From a bacterium (GTDB taxonomy: Bacteria > UBA8248 > JACPRG01 > G963555815), in contig CBDHDG010000003.1 of NCBI GenBank assembly GCA_965261595.1, positions 96,001 to 160,000 of the forward strand: 64,000 nucleotides of DNA. Direction: 5' to 3'. The notes beneath the pieces were generated by a model. That model had not been told where the DNA came from. It worked only from the letters and a program-made list of their open reading frames with translations, and did not search any database. Below are positions 1-9,447 of the stretch, in pieces; the first letter of the stretch is position 1, and each line of letters opens with the position of its first letter. The position numbers were made by a program, and so were the translations under genes.

Positions 1-162
1 GAGCGATTCCGCTCCGGTGCTGATCTCGAACGTTCCGTCGCCCGGGTTGAACTTGTACCAGAGCGGGACGCAATGGGGGGTGCCGTTCTTGTTGGTCGAG
101 GCGACCCGGGCCATCATGGGCTGGGTCAGGAAGCTATCCATGTCCGTCGGTCGTTCTGGCAT
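1..162 (-). CDS. Pyridoxamine 5'-phosphate oxidase-like (split-barrel flavin/F420-binding) protein, N-terminal part, runs off the window
   Basis: Manual translation MPERPTDMDSFLTQPMMARVASTNKNGTPHCVPLWY fits the PPOX-family 'F L...arlat...G.Ph.vPvwy' pattern; AGAAGGAG RBS upstream. Confidence 0.7.
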   Translation of the reverse strand, partial: MPERPTDMDSFLTQPMMARVASTNKNGTPHCVPLWYKFNPGDGTFEISTGAESL

Positions 163-322
163 TGTGGATCTCCTTCTGAGGCCGATAGCCGGCCGAGAAA
201 TCGATTGGGTCCCGATCATACTCGCTCTGATGGGTTGTAACCAGCGATCGGCCGGAAATCTTCCCGTTTCGGAACACTCCGGCTGATTGAGGGGGCGCGG
301 GGGAAACGGGAGACCGGCAATC

Positions 323-568
323 TTACGCCCAGTCGGGCGGGTCGGGGGGGAGGCCGTACCGGACTTCCTGGAAATTGCCCAAAAAGGCGATGACGCTGGG
401 AATCAGGAAAAAGGGTGAGAGCCACCAGGCCAACGGCAACGGCAGAAACGCCGCGATGATGAAGATCAGGCCCTCGCCCAAGCTCTTGTGGCGGAGCTGG
501 TGGATGCCGGGCGCCAGATACAGGAGCCATTTTTTGCGCGTGGCGCGCCCCGTCGGTGTTCGGTTCAC
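323..568 (-). CDS. Small hypothetical membrane protein
   Basis: 81 aa, hydrophobic; start overlaps the udg stop, suggesting translational coupling. Confidence 0.5.
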   Translation of the reverse strand: MNRTPTGRATRKKWLLYLAPGIHQLRHKSLGEGLIFIIAAFLPLPLAWWLSPFFLIPSVIAFLGNFQEVRYGLPPDPPDWA

Positions 569-1371
569 GGACCTTCCCGCGCGGAGGATGGAAGCGGCCC
601 CAGCCCCAGGACTTGATGGACTTTTTGCAGGTCTTCCCAGACGACGCGCTTTTGGGATTGGTTGCGCAAGAGGTAGGCCGGGTGGAAGGTGGGCATCACG
701 GGGATTCCGTGGTACTCGTGAAAGTTCCCCCGGATACGGGAGATTCGTTCCTCCGTCTGAAGAAGCGTCTGGGCGGCGAATTTCCCCATCGCCAGGATCA
801 CCTTGGGGCGGAGCGACTTGAGCTGGCGAATCAGGAAGGGCTCGCAGGTTTCCACTTCAGCGGGCGTCGGGTTCCGGTTCTCCGGTGGCCGGCACTTGAT
901 GACGTTGCAGATGTAGATATCCTCCCGGGACAGTCCGATGGCTTCCAGCATCCGGTTGAGGAGCTGGCCGGAGCGCCCCACGAACGGCTCGGCTTTGATG
1001 TCTTCTTCCCGCCCCGGCGCCTCGCCCACGATGACCAGGTCGGCTTCGGGGTTCCCGACGCCGAAGACGATGTTCTTCCTCCCTTCGCAGAGGCCGCAAC
1101 GGGTGCACTCGCCCAGGTCCGACCGGATCTCCTCCAGCGTCTCGACCGCCTTGAATGAGCTCATTTCTTCCATCGCTCCCGATTGAGCGGAAGGGGTTTT
1201 TGTTCGGGCCGCCCGGGAATCCGGGGGGGTGGCCGAGGGGGTGGCCGGCAGGGTGTCAAGCAACGCCGGGTCCATCTCGACCTCTGAAATCCCGTCGGCC
1301 ACCTCGTATTCCAGGTGAGTTCTCAGACCGTGGATGGCCTCGCCCAGCAATCTCCGGGGGTCTTCGGTCAA
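565..1371 (-). CDS. udg: Uracil-DNA glycosylase family 4 (Fe-S)
   Basis: [33 protein letters not shown] and TFHPAYLLR motifs. Confidence 0.95.
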   Translation of the reverse strand: MTEDPRRLLGEAIHGLRTHLEYEVADGISEVEMDPALLDTLPATPSATPPDSRAARTKTPSAQSGAMEEMSSFKAVETLEEIRSDLGECTRCGLCEGRKNIVFGVGNPEADLVIVGEAPGREEDIKAEPFVGRSGQLLNRMLEAIGLSREDIYICNVIKCRPPENRNPTPAEVETCEPFLIRQLKSLRPKVILAMGKFAAQTLLQTEERISRIRGNFHEYHGIPVMPTFHPAYLLRNQSQKRVVWEDLQKVHQVLGLGPLPSSAREGP

Positions 1372-2654
1372 CGGTTCCGTCCACCCAGGCTGCGGACATT
1401 GCCGGTCTCTTTTCCCAGCAATTCCCGGACCCGGTCCAGGATAACTGCGGCCAGAGCGGGTTTGGTCATGCGCCCGGTTTCAAACTCCCGTCCCGTCCGA
1501 TCGATCAGGATGGCCGCGGATACGTCCGAGCCCATCGCCCCCCCGTCCTCCCCGACGGCGTTGGCCACGATGAGGTCCAGGTTCTTCTTTTCCAGCTTGA
1601 CCTTCGCGTTTACGGCGAGGTCTTCGGTTTCGGCCGCGAACCCGACCATGAGGGGCCTGCCGGGTTTCCCGCCGATCTCGTTCAGGATGTCCGTTGTGCG
1701 CTCCAGGATGAGCGTCACCTCGCCGCCCTCTTTCTTGTATTTACCGGCTTGGGTTCGGCGGGGGCGGTAGTCCGCGACGGCGGCGGCCTTGATCAAGACG
1801 TCCGTTCCGGCCATGGCGTCCAGGACGGCGCGCCGCATGTCTTCGGCCGATTCGACCCGGACGATGTCCACCCCGGGCGGGGTGTCCAGGGCGGCGGGGC
1901 CGCTGACGAGCACGACCCCGGCCCCCCGCCGCCGGGCGGCGGCGGCCAGGGCGAAACCCATCTTGCCGCTGGAACGGTTAGACAAAAAACGGATCGCGTC
2001 CCACTTCTCCCGGGTGGGGCCGGCCGTGATCAGGACTTTCCTGCCCGCCAGGTCGCCCGAGCGGACAAGCAGAGCGGAAGCGGCCTCGACGATCGTCTCC
2101 GGCGCGGCCAGCCGGCCGGGGCCTTTCCCCCCCTCCCCCCCTTCAAAGGTCGAGGCCATGGGGCCGGTCTCGGAGGGGACGATGGTGACGCCGCGCTCGG
2201 CCAGGGTTTTCAGGTTGTCCTGTACGGCGGGGTGCCGGAGCATCGTTGGATTCATCGCGGGGGCGATCAGGACCGGACAGGGCGCCGCTAGGAGCGCCGT
2301 TGTGAGGAAATCGTCGGCGACCCCCCAGGCGTACTTTCCCAGGAAGTTGGCCGTGGCGGGCGCGACGATAACCAAGTCCGCCGCCGGCTGCCGGTCTTCC
2401 CGGCCCTGGGTCACCCAGAGGTGGTCGAGGGGATCCGGAGGCGGCTCGGCGTCGGTCAGGACGGGTTGGTCCGACAAGGTGTGAAAGGTGATCGGGCCGA
2501 CGAACTCCGCGGCGGTTCGGGTCATGATGACCTGGACCCGCGCTCCGTCTTTGACGAGCAGGCGGAGGATTTCGACCGCCTTGTACGCGGCGATTCCGCC
2601 CGTCACGCCGAGGACGATTCGAATCCCTGAAAAGCGGCCTTTGGCTTTGACCAT
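1368..2654 (-). CDS. coaBC: Bifunctional phosphopantothenoylcysteine decarboxylase/synthetase
   Basis: GVTGGIAAYK, APATAN, PAMN, ITAGPTRE..D.IRFLSNRSSGKMG, AAVADY and VGFAAET motifs. Confidence 0.97.
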   Translation of the reverse strand: MVKAKGRFSGIRIVLGVTGGIAAYKAVEILRLLVKDGARVQVIMTRTAAEFVGPITFHTLSDQPVLTDAEPPPDPLDHLWVTQGREDRQPAADLVIVAPATANFLGKYAWGVADDFLTTALLAAPCPVLIAPAMNPTMLRHPAVQDNLKTLAERGVTIVPSETGPMASTFEGGEGGKGPGRLAAPETIVEAASALLVRSGDLAGRKVLITAGPTREKWDAIRFLSNRSSGKMGFALAAAARRRGAGVVLVSGPAALDTPPGVDIVRVESAEDMRRAVLDAMAGTDVLIKAAAVADYRPRRTQAGKYKKEGGEVTLILERTTDILNEIGGKPGRPLMVGFAAETEDLAVNAKVKLEKKNLDLIVANAVGEDGGAMGSDVSAAILIDRTGREFETGRMTKPALAAVILDRVRELLGKETGNVRSLGGRNR

Positions 2655-2666
2655 CGGGCGCCGTCC

Positions 2667-3272
2667 CTAAGTGGAAAGGCCGTCGGGCGCCGGGCGGATC
2701 CGGCGCCGCTCGGCCGTGATGATGGCCTTCAGATCCCCGACGGTCCTGTCGAATTCGTCGTTCACAATCGCGTAACGGTACTCATCGATCCAGTCCATCT
2801 CGATTTGGGCCTGGGAGAGCCGTTTTTCGACGGTTTTCTCGGGGTCCGAGCCCCGATCCCTGAGCCGCTGTTCGAGGATTTCCAGGGAGGGCGGCTGAAT
2901 GAAGATGGTGATGGCTTTCGGATACGCCCGGCGGATGCTGCGCGCCCCCTGGATCTCGATGGCCAAAATGGTGTCCACGCCCCCGGCGCGATTGCGTTCA
3001 ATGGGCTCTTTCGGGGTGCCGTAGAGGTTGCCGTACACCTCGGCCCATTCCAGAAAGCGCCCTTCTCCGGCCGCGCGCTCGAACTCGGAACGCTCCAGGA
3101 AAATGTAATCGACTTCATTCTTCTCACCGGGGCGGACCGGACGCGTGGTGCATGAGACCGAGCGTTCAAGACCGGACAGCTCTTTCAGGACCCTCGTGAC
3201 AAGCGAGGTTTTCCCTCCGCCGGAGGGAGAAGACATCACAAAGACCAACCCCTGCTTCTCTCCATCCCTCAC
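2667..3272 (-). CDS. gmk: Guanylate kinase
   Basis: SSPSGGGKTS P-loop, SCTTR, EWAEVYGNLYGT; GTG start at 3272 inferred from an upstream AAAGG. Confidence 0.93.
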   Translation of the reverse strand: MRDGEKQGLVFVMSSPSGGGKTSLVTRVLKELSGLERSVSCTTRPVRPGEKNEVDYIFLERSEFERAAGEGRFLEWAEVYGNLYGTPKEPIERNRAGGVDTILAIEIQGARSIRRAYPKAITIFIQPPSLEILEQRLRDRGSDPEKTVEKRLSQAQIEMDWIDEYRYAIVNDEFDRTVGDLKAIITAERRRIRPAPDGLST

Positions 3273-3423
3273 GCGTTCGTCGCCTTTCGTACAAGAAAAA
3301 GATCTCGGGGCTTGAAGCGTGCGCCCGTTCCCGGCGAATCCGCCGAGCGGTCCCGGTTCCGGCGGCGCCCCGGTTCGGTCCCCATCTTCGAGATTCACGG
3401 CCCGGGTCCGCGTTCCCCCGGGG

Positions 3424-4305
3424 TCACTCCAGATTTTGCACCTGTTCCCGGATCTTTTCCAATTCTCCCTTTAATTCAATGACCAGGGCGGACACGTCCG
3501 TGTCGAGAGATTTGGAGCCGACTGTGTTGACCTCGCGGTGCATCTCCTGCAGGAGGAAGTCCAGCTTCCGGCCGGCGGGACTCCCCTTGTCGAATTGGTC
3601 CCGGAACTGGCCGATGTGGCTTTCGAGGCGGGTGATTTCCTCAGAGGTGTCACTTCTTTGCGTGAGGAGGATGATTTCCTGCTCCAATCGGCCGGAATCA
3701 GGTTGGATGTCCGCGTTCAGCAGGTCGGTGATACGGGCGCGCAAGCGCTCTCTGTACTGAGCCACCGTCGCCGGGACCGTCTCCCGGAGCCGGTCGAGCA
3801 GGTCTGAGACAGTGTCCACCCGGTTGGCGATGTCCTGCCCGAGCGCCTGGCCCTCTTTGCGGCGCATGTCCTCGAGGTTTCCCAGGGCTTCGTCCAGGGC
3901 GGTCTCGACGAATGTCGAAGCGATTTCGGGTCCGCCTCCATTGTCTTCCACAAAGAAGATTTCCCGCATCCCCGCGAGGGTTTCAAGGGTGACTTCACCC
4001 GGCAGGTTCAATTCCCGCTTCAGGGAGTTCAACCCTTCAAGATATTGCTTCGCCGCGGCCCGGTCCAACCGGATCTCGCGCGAGTCCAGCGCGTCTCCGG
4101 AAACCGCTATGTACACATCGAATTTCCCCCGCTCGAAGCGGTTGCGGACGGATTCCCGGATGAGCGGTTCGATGGAGCCGAGGCTCCGGGCTGTCTTGAC
4201 GGAAATCTCGAAATGGCGGTGGTTGACGGACCGGACTTCGACGGTGATCGTCCGCCCCTCGATTTCGGCCAACCCCTTTCCCCAACCCGTCATGCTGCGC
4301 CACAT
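3424..4305 (-). CDS. yicC: YicC/YloC family endoribonuclease
   Basis: MWRSMTGWG start, RSVNHR, EEITRLESH, GRKLDFLLQEMHREVNTVGSK and REQVQNLE; GGAGGA RBS. Confidence 0.95.
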   Translation of the reverse strand: MWRSMTGWGKGLAEIEGRTITVEVRSVNHRHFEISVKTARSLGSIEPLIRESVRNRFERGKFDVYIAVSGDALDSREIRLDRAAAKQYLEGLNSLKRELNLPGEVTLETLAGMREIFFVEDNGGGPEIASTFVETALDEALGNLEDMRRKEGQALGQDIANRVDTVSDLLDRLRETVPATVAQYRERLRARITDLLNADIQPDSGRLEQEIILLTQRSDTSEEITRLESHIGQFRDQFDKGSPAGRKLDFLLQEMHREVNTVGSKSLDTDVSALVIELKGELEKIREQVQNLE

Positions 4306-4406
4306 AGATGTCCTCCACTCGGCCACGGGACTGTTTTGAGACGCTTAACGGTTTAAAAACAAATACATATCAGGAGTTATCCCGGCTGTCAATTGCAAAA
4401 ATGGCA

Positions 4407-4435
4407 TTGAACCGGGTATCTTCTACGGTTATATT
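4407..4435 (+). promoter_or_regulatory. Putative sigma70 promoter for rqcH, in the divergent yicC/rqcH intergenic region
   Basis: TTGAAC-17 bp-TATATT; a TTGACA on the opposite strand (4387-4392) faces yicC. Confidence 0.45.
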
Positions 4436-4459
4436 CGGTATGAAAGGAGATTTTCGTAT

Positions 4460-6535
4460 ATGGATTCATTTGCATTGAAGGCGATTGCCGCGGAGTTGGA
4501 CGCGGTTTTGCGCGGCGGCATCGTGGACAAGATTCAGCAACCCCAAAAATCGATCGTCCTTTTGGATGTCCATCCTCCCGCACGCTCCAGCCAATCCCCA
4601 GCGGAAGTTCTGGACTCGCTTCCCAGGCCGTCGGGGAAGAAAATTTTTCGGCTCCTGATCTCTACCGATGCCAGTCTTCCGAGGGTGCATCTGACCGGGT
4701 CGGATTTCGAAAACCCGAAGACGGCGCTCTCCTTTTGCATGCTTCTTCGCAAGCATTTGACCGGCGCGCGGATTGTGACCGTCACCCTCCGGGGGATAGA
4801 GCGAATCCTGAACTTAACGCTGGAAAAGCGGGATCCGGTTGGGAGGATCCTGCGCTATACACTGGTGGCCGAGATCATGGGGCGGCACAGCAACTTGTTT
4901 CTGGTGGACTCAAAAACCGGAATCATTCTGGACGCCCTCAAGAGCGTGTCGCCCGGACGAAGCGCGGCCCGTCCGATTCAAAGGAACAATCCGTACGTTC
5001 CTCCGCCCGAGCAAGAGAAGGAGGATCCGCTGCACATCGAAGAGGAAGCGTTGCTTGAGCTCGCCGGGCGCGCGGGCCGGCCGCGGAAAACCGAGAAGGT
5101 TTCGGCCAAGTGGCTGGTGAGCACGTTTGCGGGAATCAGCCCGGACGTGGCCGCCTGGGTGGCGGACAGGGCGAATGAGTCCGGGTTGTGGGACGCCTTT
5201 CGCGACGCCCGGGACCGGTTCCGCGAGGAGCGCTTCTCGCCCGGCATCCTGACAGTCAATGATGCCGATGAAGGAAGCCTTTGGGTTTTGCCTGTTCCGG
5301 CCGGCAAGCGGTGTCTCTCCTTCCCGAGCGCGAATGCCGCCGCCGACGCGCTCTACGGCCGCTCGTGGGATGCACGGCGGTTGGGAGTCAGGCAAAGCGC
5401 TGTGCGGAAGGAATTGAACAACGCGCTGAAGCGGAAGCGGCGGACCGCCGATCAGATCCGGAAGGATCTCGGCCGCTCGCGGGAGGCGGATGAGCAGCAG
5501 CGGAGGGGGCAGATTCTCCTGGCGAATCTGGATTCCATCCCGAAGGGGGCCGAGTCGATTCTCTTGCGGGATCCGCACATCGACGAAGAGGTGGACATCC
5601 CCCTAGACGTGAAGCTGAGTCCGACGCGCAACGCGGAGCGGTATTTTTCCCGCGCGAAGAAGCTCCGCAGGATGTCGGACTGGGGCTCAAAACGCCTGAA
5701 GGAGACGGAAGGGCAGATTCAGAAGTTGGAGGCGTTGGTCAAAGAGGCGCAAGCGTCGACGAAACCGGAAGTCCTGGAAAAGATCGAACAAAAGATGCTC
5801 GCCCTCACGCCGCCGAAAAAGGTCCAGGCCTCTGCCGCGGAAGAGGCCGCGGCCAAGGACGGCGCGAATGGGCGCAAGAAATCCGGAGCCGCCCGGGCCC
5901 CCGGCCGAGGCTCGGCCGAAAAGGGAAAAAAGCGGGCCGTGGCGAAAGGGCCCGCTGTTTCAGACGGCAGGGGGCGGAGGAAGCCGCCGGGAGGGAAGGG
6001 GGGGGGGAAAGACACCAAGGCGGCCGACGCGAGCCCCGACGTTTCGACCTCGGCGGAGAACCCTCAACCGCAATCCGCACCCTCGCAAGGGACTTCGAAA
6101 AGAAGACCGTCGAGCGACCATCGAAACTTCGCCCTGGATGGCGGGTGGGAAGTCCTGGTGGGGAAGCACGACCGGGGGAATGACCGCCTTCTCCGCCGGG
6201 TGGCCGGCGGGGAGGATGTCTGGCTGCACGCCCAGGAGGTTCCCGGATCGCATGTCATCATCCACCATTCGGAGCGGGGGAAAGAAGTCCCCCTGTGGGT
6301 TGTGGAGGCCGCCGCCAAGCTGGCCGCTTATTACAGCAAGGGGAAGGAATCGTCCAAGGTGTCGGTGGATTACATCGCGGTCAAGCATCTCCGCCGCGTC
6401 AAAGGGGGGAGGGCCGGCCAGGTCACCTTTACCGGTCAAAGCACGATATCGGTCTCCCCTGAAGCCCCCGAAGGATTGTTGGGTTCGTCCGCCAATTCGT
6501 CACGAGATCGGGAGGCCGAAGAAGAGGCCGTCTGA
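4460..6535 (+). CDS. rqcH: RqcH/Rqc2 (NFACT/FbpA) ribosome quality-control protein
   Basis: FCMLLRKHL.G, AEIMGRHSNLFL, NAERYF..AKK, NFACT-R region WLHAQEVPGSHV and AAKLAAYYSK. Confidence 0.9.
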   Translation: MDSFALKAIAAELDAVLRGGIVDKIQQPQKSIVLLDVHPPARSSQSPAEVLDSLPRPSGKKIFRLLISTDASLPRVHLTGSDFENPKTALSFCMLLRKHLTGARIVTVTLRGIERILNLTLEKRDPVGRILRYTLVAEIMGRHSNLFLVDSKTGIILDALKSVSPGRSAARPIQRNNPYVPPPEQEKEDPLHIEEEALLELAGRAGRPRKTEKVSAKWLVSTFAGISPDVAAWVADRANESGLWDAFRDARDRFREERFSPGILTVNDADEGSLWVLPVPAGKRCLSFPSANAAADALYGRSWDARRLGVRQSAVRKELNNALKRKRRTADQIRKDLGRSREADEQQRRGQILLANLDSIPKGAESILLRDPHIDEEVDIPLDVKLSPTRNAERYFSRAKKLRRMSDWGSKRLKETEGQIQKLEALVKEAQASTKPEVLEKIEQKMLALTPPKKVQASAAEEAAAKDGANGRKKSGAARAPGRGSAEKGKKRAVAKGPAVSDGRGRRKPPGGKGGGKDTKAADASPDVSTSAENPQPQSAPSQGTSKRRPSSDHRNFALDGGWEVLVGKHDRGNDRLLRRVAGGEDVWLHAQEVPGSHVIIHHSERGKEVPLWVVEAAAKLAAYYSKGKESSKVSVDYIAVKHLRRVKGGRAGQVTFTGQSTISVSPEAPEGLLGSSANSSRDREAEEEAV

Positions 6536-6564
6536 TCGTCCAGCCGTAAAATCGACGCCTGCAC

Positions 6565-7491
6565 GTGGGACCGGATGGTCGGGATCCGCCGAGGAATGCC
6601 CGAGTGCTTACCTCCGCTCCGTTTCTTGCCCTCATTACGGCTTTTTGCATCGGGACAGCGGATTTTTCGACGCACTATCCCTTACGGCACGTCAAAGCGT
6701 TGCCGGGGGCCTTTTTCGGGCTTTGCTTTCAACTGGTCACCGCCCTGCTGATTCTCCTGGCCGCGGGCGGGAAATTGGAGATTTCGGACTGGCGGGGTCC
6801 CGTGTATTTCTTTTTGGCGGGGATTCTCCACCCCGGCGCTTTTTACATCCTTCTGCTCATATCGGTGGATCGTCTCGGGCCGGCCAGGGCCATCACCCTC
6901 AAGGGGACCTCCCCTTTATGGGGCGTCGCGATCGCCATGATCTTTCTCGGAGAACGGCCGAACCTCTCGATCTATCTCGGGCTTTTCATGGTTGCCTTCG
7001 GGGTGATGTGCCTGTCCTCGGAAAAGGGGGGACGGGCCTCTCTCAGCCGGAATCTGGCTTGGCCCCTGATCGCGGCGTTCTTCTCGGGACTGGCCCCCAA
7101 CTTGGCCAAGACGGCGTTGCGCTACATTGACAGCCCTTTCCTGGGTGTGGTGTTCGCCGTGGCGGGGGGGTTGGCGACCCTCTTCGTCTCCAATACGCTC
7201 ATGAGCGGCCGCCATGAGGGAAAGTTCTGGATGTGGGCCTATCCGTGGAAGCGCGTTGTTTTGTTCGCTCCGCTGGGAGTCCTGGCCGGGGTTGGATTTA
7301 TGACATACTATTCCGCGCTCAAGGTCGGGACGGTGGCGGTGGTGATTCCGCTTGTTCAGACGGCGCCCTTTTTCGCCATCGTCCTCTCCCGGCTTTTGAT
7401 TCAGAGGGATGAAGGGGTCAACGTCCGGCTGGTGGCCTCGGCGGCGGCGGTGGTGTTGGGCGCGTTCCTGATTACGACGGGTCGCGGTTGA
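6565..7491 (+). CDS. EamA/DMT family transporter (paralog 1)
   Basis: About 10 TM segments, LGPARA...FLGERP pattern; start uncertain. Confidence 0.85.
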   Translation: MGPDGRDPPRNARVLTSAPFLALITAFCIGTADFSTHYPLRHVKALPGAFFGLCFQLVTALLILLAAGGKLEISDWRGPVYFFLAGILHPGAFYILLLISVDRLGPARAITLKGTSPLWGVAIAMIFLGERPNLSIYLGLFMVAFGVMCLSSEKGGRASLSRNLAWPLIAAFFSGLAPNLAKTALRYIDSPFLGVVFAVAGGLATLFVSNTLMSGRHEGKFWMWAYPWKRVVLFAPLGVLAGVGFMTYYSALKVGTVAVVIPLVQTAPFFAIVLSRLLIQRDEGVNVRLVASAAAVVLGAFLITTGRG

Positions 7492-7603
7492 GTCCGAGGA
7501 CCCAGGCGCTTCTCTCCCGGAACAACCTCCATCCAACTCTACCCCCGGCGTTGATCAAAAAACCGGATCGGCCCGGCCCGCGGCTGGTTTCGGCCGCGAC
7601 CTT

Positions 7604-8497
7604 TTGACGGAAACGCGCGTTATGGAAGCTCCCCTTTTCGCTTTGTTGACGGCATTTTGCGTTGGCTCGGCCGATTTTTCGGCTCACTACGGATTGCGGC
7701 ATCTGAGGCCGATGCAAGGGGGGTTTTTCTCGGTCTGCGTTCAATTGGTCACCATCTTTGTGGCCATTGCGCTCTTCAGGGATTGGACCGTCCCGGATTG
7801 GCGGGGCCCGGTTTATTTCATTCTGGCCGGAGTTTTTCATCCGGGTTTGTTCTTCTTTGTCCTTCTCAGCGCTGTTGAACGGAACGGCCCCGCCCGGACC
7901 ATCACGTTCAAGGCGACCTCCCCGTTATTCGGCGTGGCCCTCGCGTTCCTGGCCCTGGGCGAACGACCCACCCTGATCGTCTATGTCGGGCTTTTTCTCC
8001 TTGTGGGCGGGGTGGTGCGCTTGTCGATGGAAAGCGGAGGGTTGATGGTCAGGGGGCGAGGAATCGTTTATCTTTTGGCCGCGGCCTTCATCGGCGGACT
8101 GATGCCCAACATGGCGAAGTACGGCCTCCAATACCTGGATGATCCGGTCATGGGCCCGTTTTTTGCCGTCATTGGAGGGATCCTGACGCTCTTCATCGGA
8201 AACACGATCCTGGCCCGAAGGACCGGAGAAGCGTGGTTTCGGACATCCTCCCTCAAGGGGGTGCTCTTGTTCATTCCGATGGGCGTTCTGGGCGGGATGG
8301 GCTGGATCTTCTACTTCACCGCGCTGACGCACGGATCGGTCTCCCAGGTCCTGCCGCTGGTCCAGATGGCCCCGTTTTTCGCCATTCTCCTTTCCCGGCT
8401 GCTCATCCAGGAGCAGGAGCGGATCAACCTTCGCCTCGTCGTCTCGGCGGCGGTCATCGTCTCGGGCGCGGTTTTGATTACAATGGGACGCGCGTAA
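7604..8497 (+). CDS. EamA/DMT family transporter (paralog 2)
   Basis: About 10 TM segments; clearly similar to 6565..7491. Confidence 0.85.
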   Translation: MTETRVMEAPLFALLTAFCVGSADFSAHYGLRHLRPMQGGFFSVCVQLVTIFVAIALFRDWTVPDWRGPVYFILAGVFHPGLFFFVLLSAVERNGPARTITFKATSPLFGVALAFLALGERPTLIVYVGLFLLVGGVVRLSMESGGLMVRGRGIVYLLAAAFIGGLMPNMAKYGLQYLDDPVMGPFFAVIGGILTLFIGNTILARRTGEAWFRTSSLKGVLLFIPMGVLGGMGWIFYFTALTHGSVSQVLPLVQMAPFFAILLSRLLIQEQERINLRLVVSAAVIVSGAVLITMGRA

Positions 8498-8548
8498 CCC
8501 GAACGGGTGCGGCGCGGTCCGCGATTTTCCTGAAGGAGGGGCGATTCC

Positions 8549-9382
8549 ATGAGTTTCCGGCTGGCCGTTGTCCAACCCCTGGCCCATCCGCCGCCCGAGG
8601 ATGAGAGGAACGTGGGCGAGGCCGTCCGCCACGTCGAGGCGGCGGCGGCGCAGGGGGCCGAGTTCGTTGTCTTCCCCGAATCCTACCCCGGGCCGTGGCG
8701 CATGCCGGCCACCTTCGATCCGACCGACGCGCTGGCGGAAGCGGCCGAGCGGTGCGGCGTCTACGTGCAGTTCGGCACGCTCGAGCCCATCGGCGATTCT
8801 CCCCGCGAGGCGCATAACCTTGTCCTGCTCGCCCGCCCGGGCGGCGGCCCGCCTGGAAAATACCGCCGCACCCACCCGCCGGGACCCTGGATCTACACCG
8901 GCGGCCGTTACTGGGACTTCCACTACGTCCCCGGCGATGAGTACCCCGTTTTCGAGACCGAGCGCGGCCAGGTGGGATTGGCCATGTGCAGCGAGGTGTA
9001 CATGCCCGAGGTGACGCGCGCGCTCGCGCTGCGGGGGGCGGAGATGATCTTCCTGCCCGCCGGCGTGGACAAGCTGGCGCTTTGGGCGACTTGGCGAAAC
9101 CTGATTTGGTCCCGCGCCATCGAGAACCTGGCCGTCGTCGTGACGACGCAGAACTTGTTCGGCCCGGAGGAAAAAGGCTTGGCGATGGTCGCGACGCCCG
9201 AGGAGGTCGTTTTCGAGACCACCCAAGCCGGGCTGTTCATCGTCGAGGTGGATTTGGAAAGGGTCCGCGAGCTGAGAAGTCAGCGCGACGAAGTGGACTC
9301 CGCGTCCCGAAACGCCGCGAAGGCCGGCGTTCTCACGCAGTGGCAGCGTCCCGAGATGTACGACCGATTTTTCCCGCGCTGA
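8549..9382 (+). CDS. Carbon-nitrogen hydrolase (nitrilase superfamily)
   Basis: VVFPE, GLAMCSE, ALRGAEMIFLP and RAIEN motifs. Confidence 0.9.
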   Translation: MSFRLAVVQPLAHPPPEDERNVGEAVRHVEAAAAQGAEFVVFPESYPGPWRMPATFDPTDALAEAAERCGVYVQFGTLEPIGDSPREAHNLVLLARPGGGPPGKYRRTHPPGPWIYTGGRYWDFHYVPGDEYPVFETERGQVGLAMCSEVYMPEVTRALALRGAEMIFLPAGVDKLALWATWRNLIWSRAIENLAVVVTTQNLFGPEEKGLAMVATPEEVVFETTQAGLFIVEVDLERVRELRSQRDEVDSASRNAAKAGVLTQWQRPEMYDRFFPR

Positions 9383-9447
9383 TTCCCTGGCCCTTCAGCG
9401 GCCGGCGCCGCCCGCCTCATCCTGGAAACTGAAGAACAAGGAGATCC

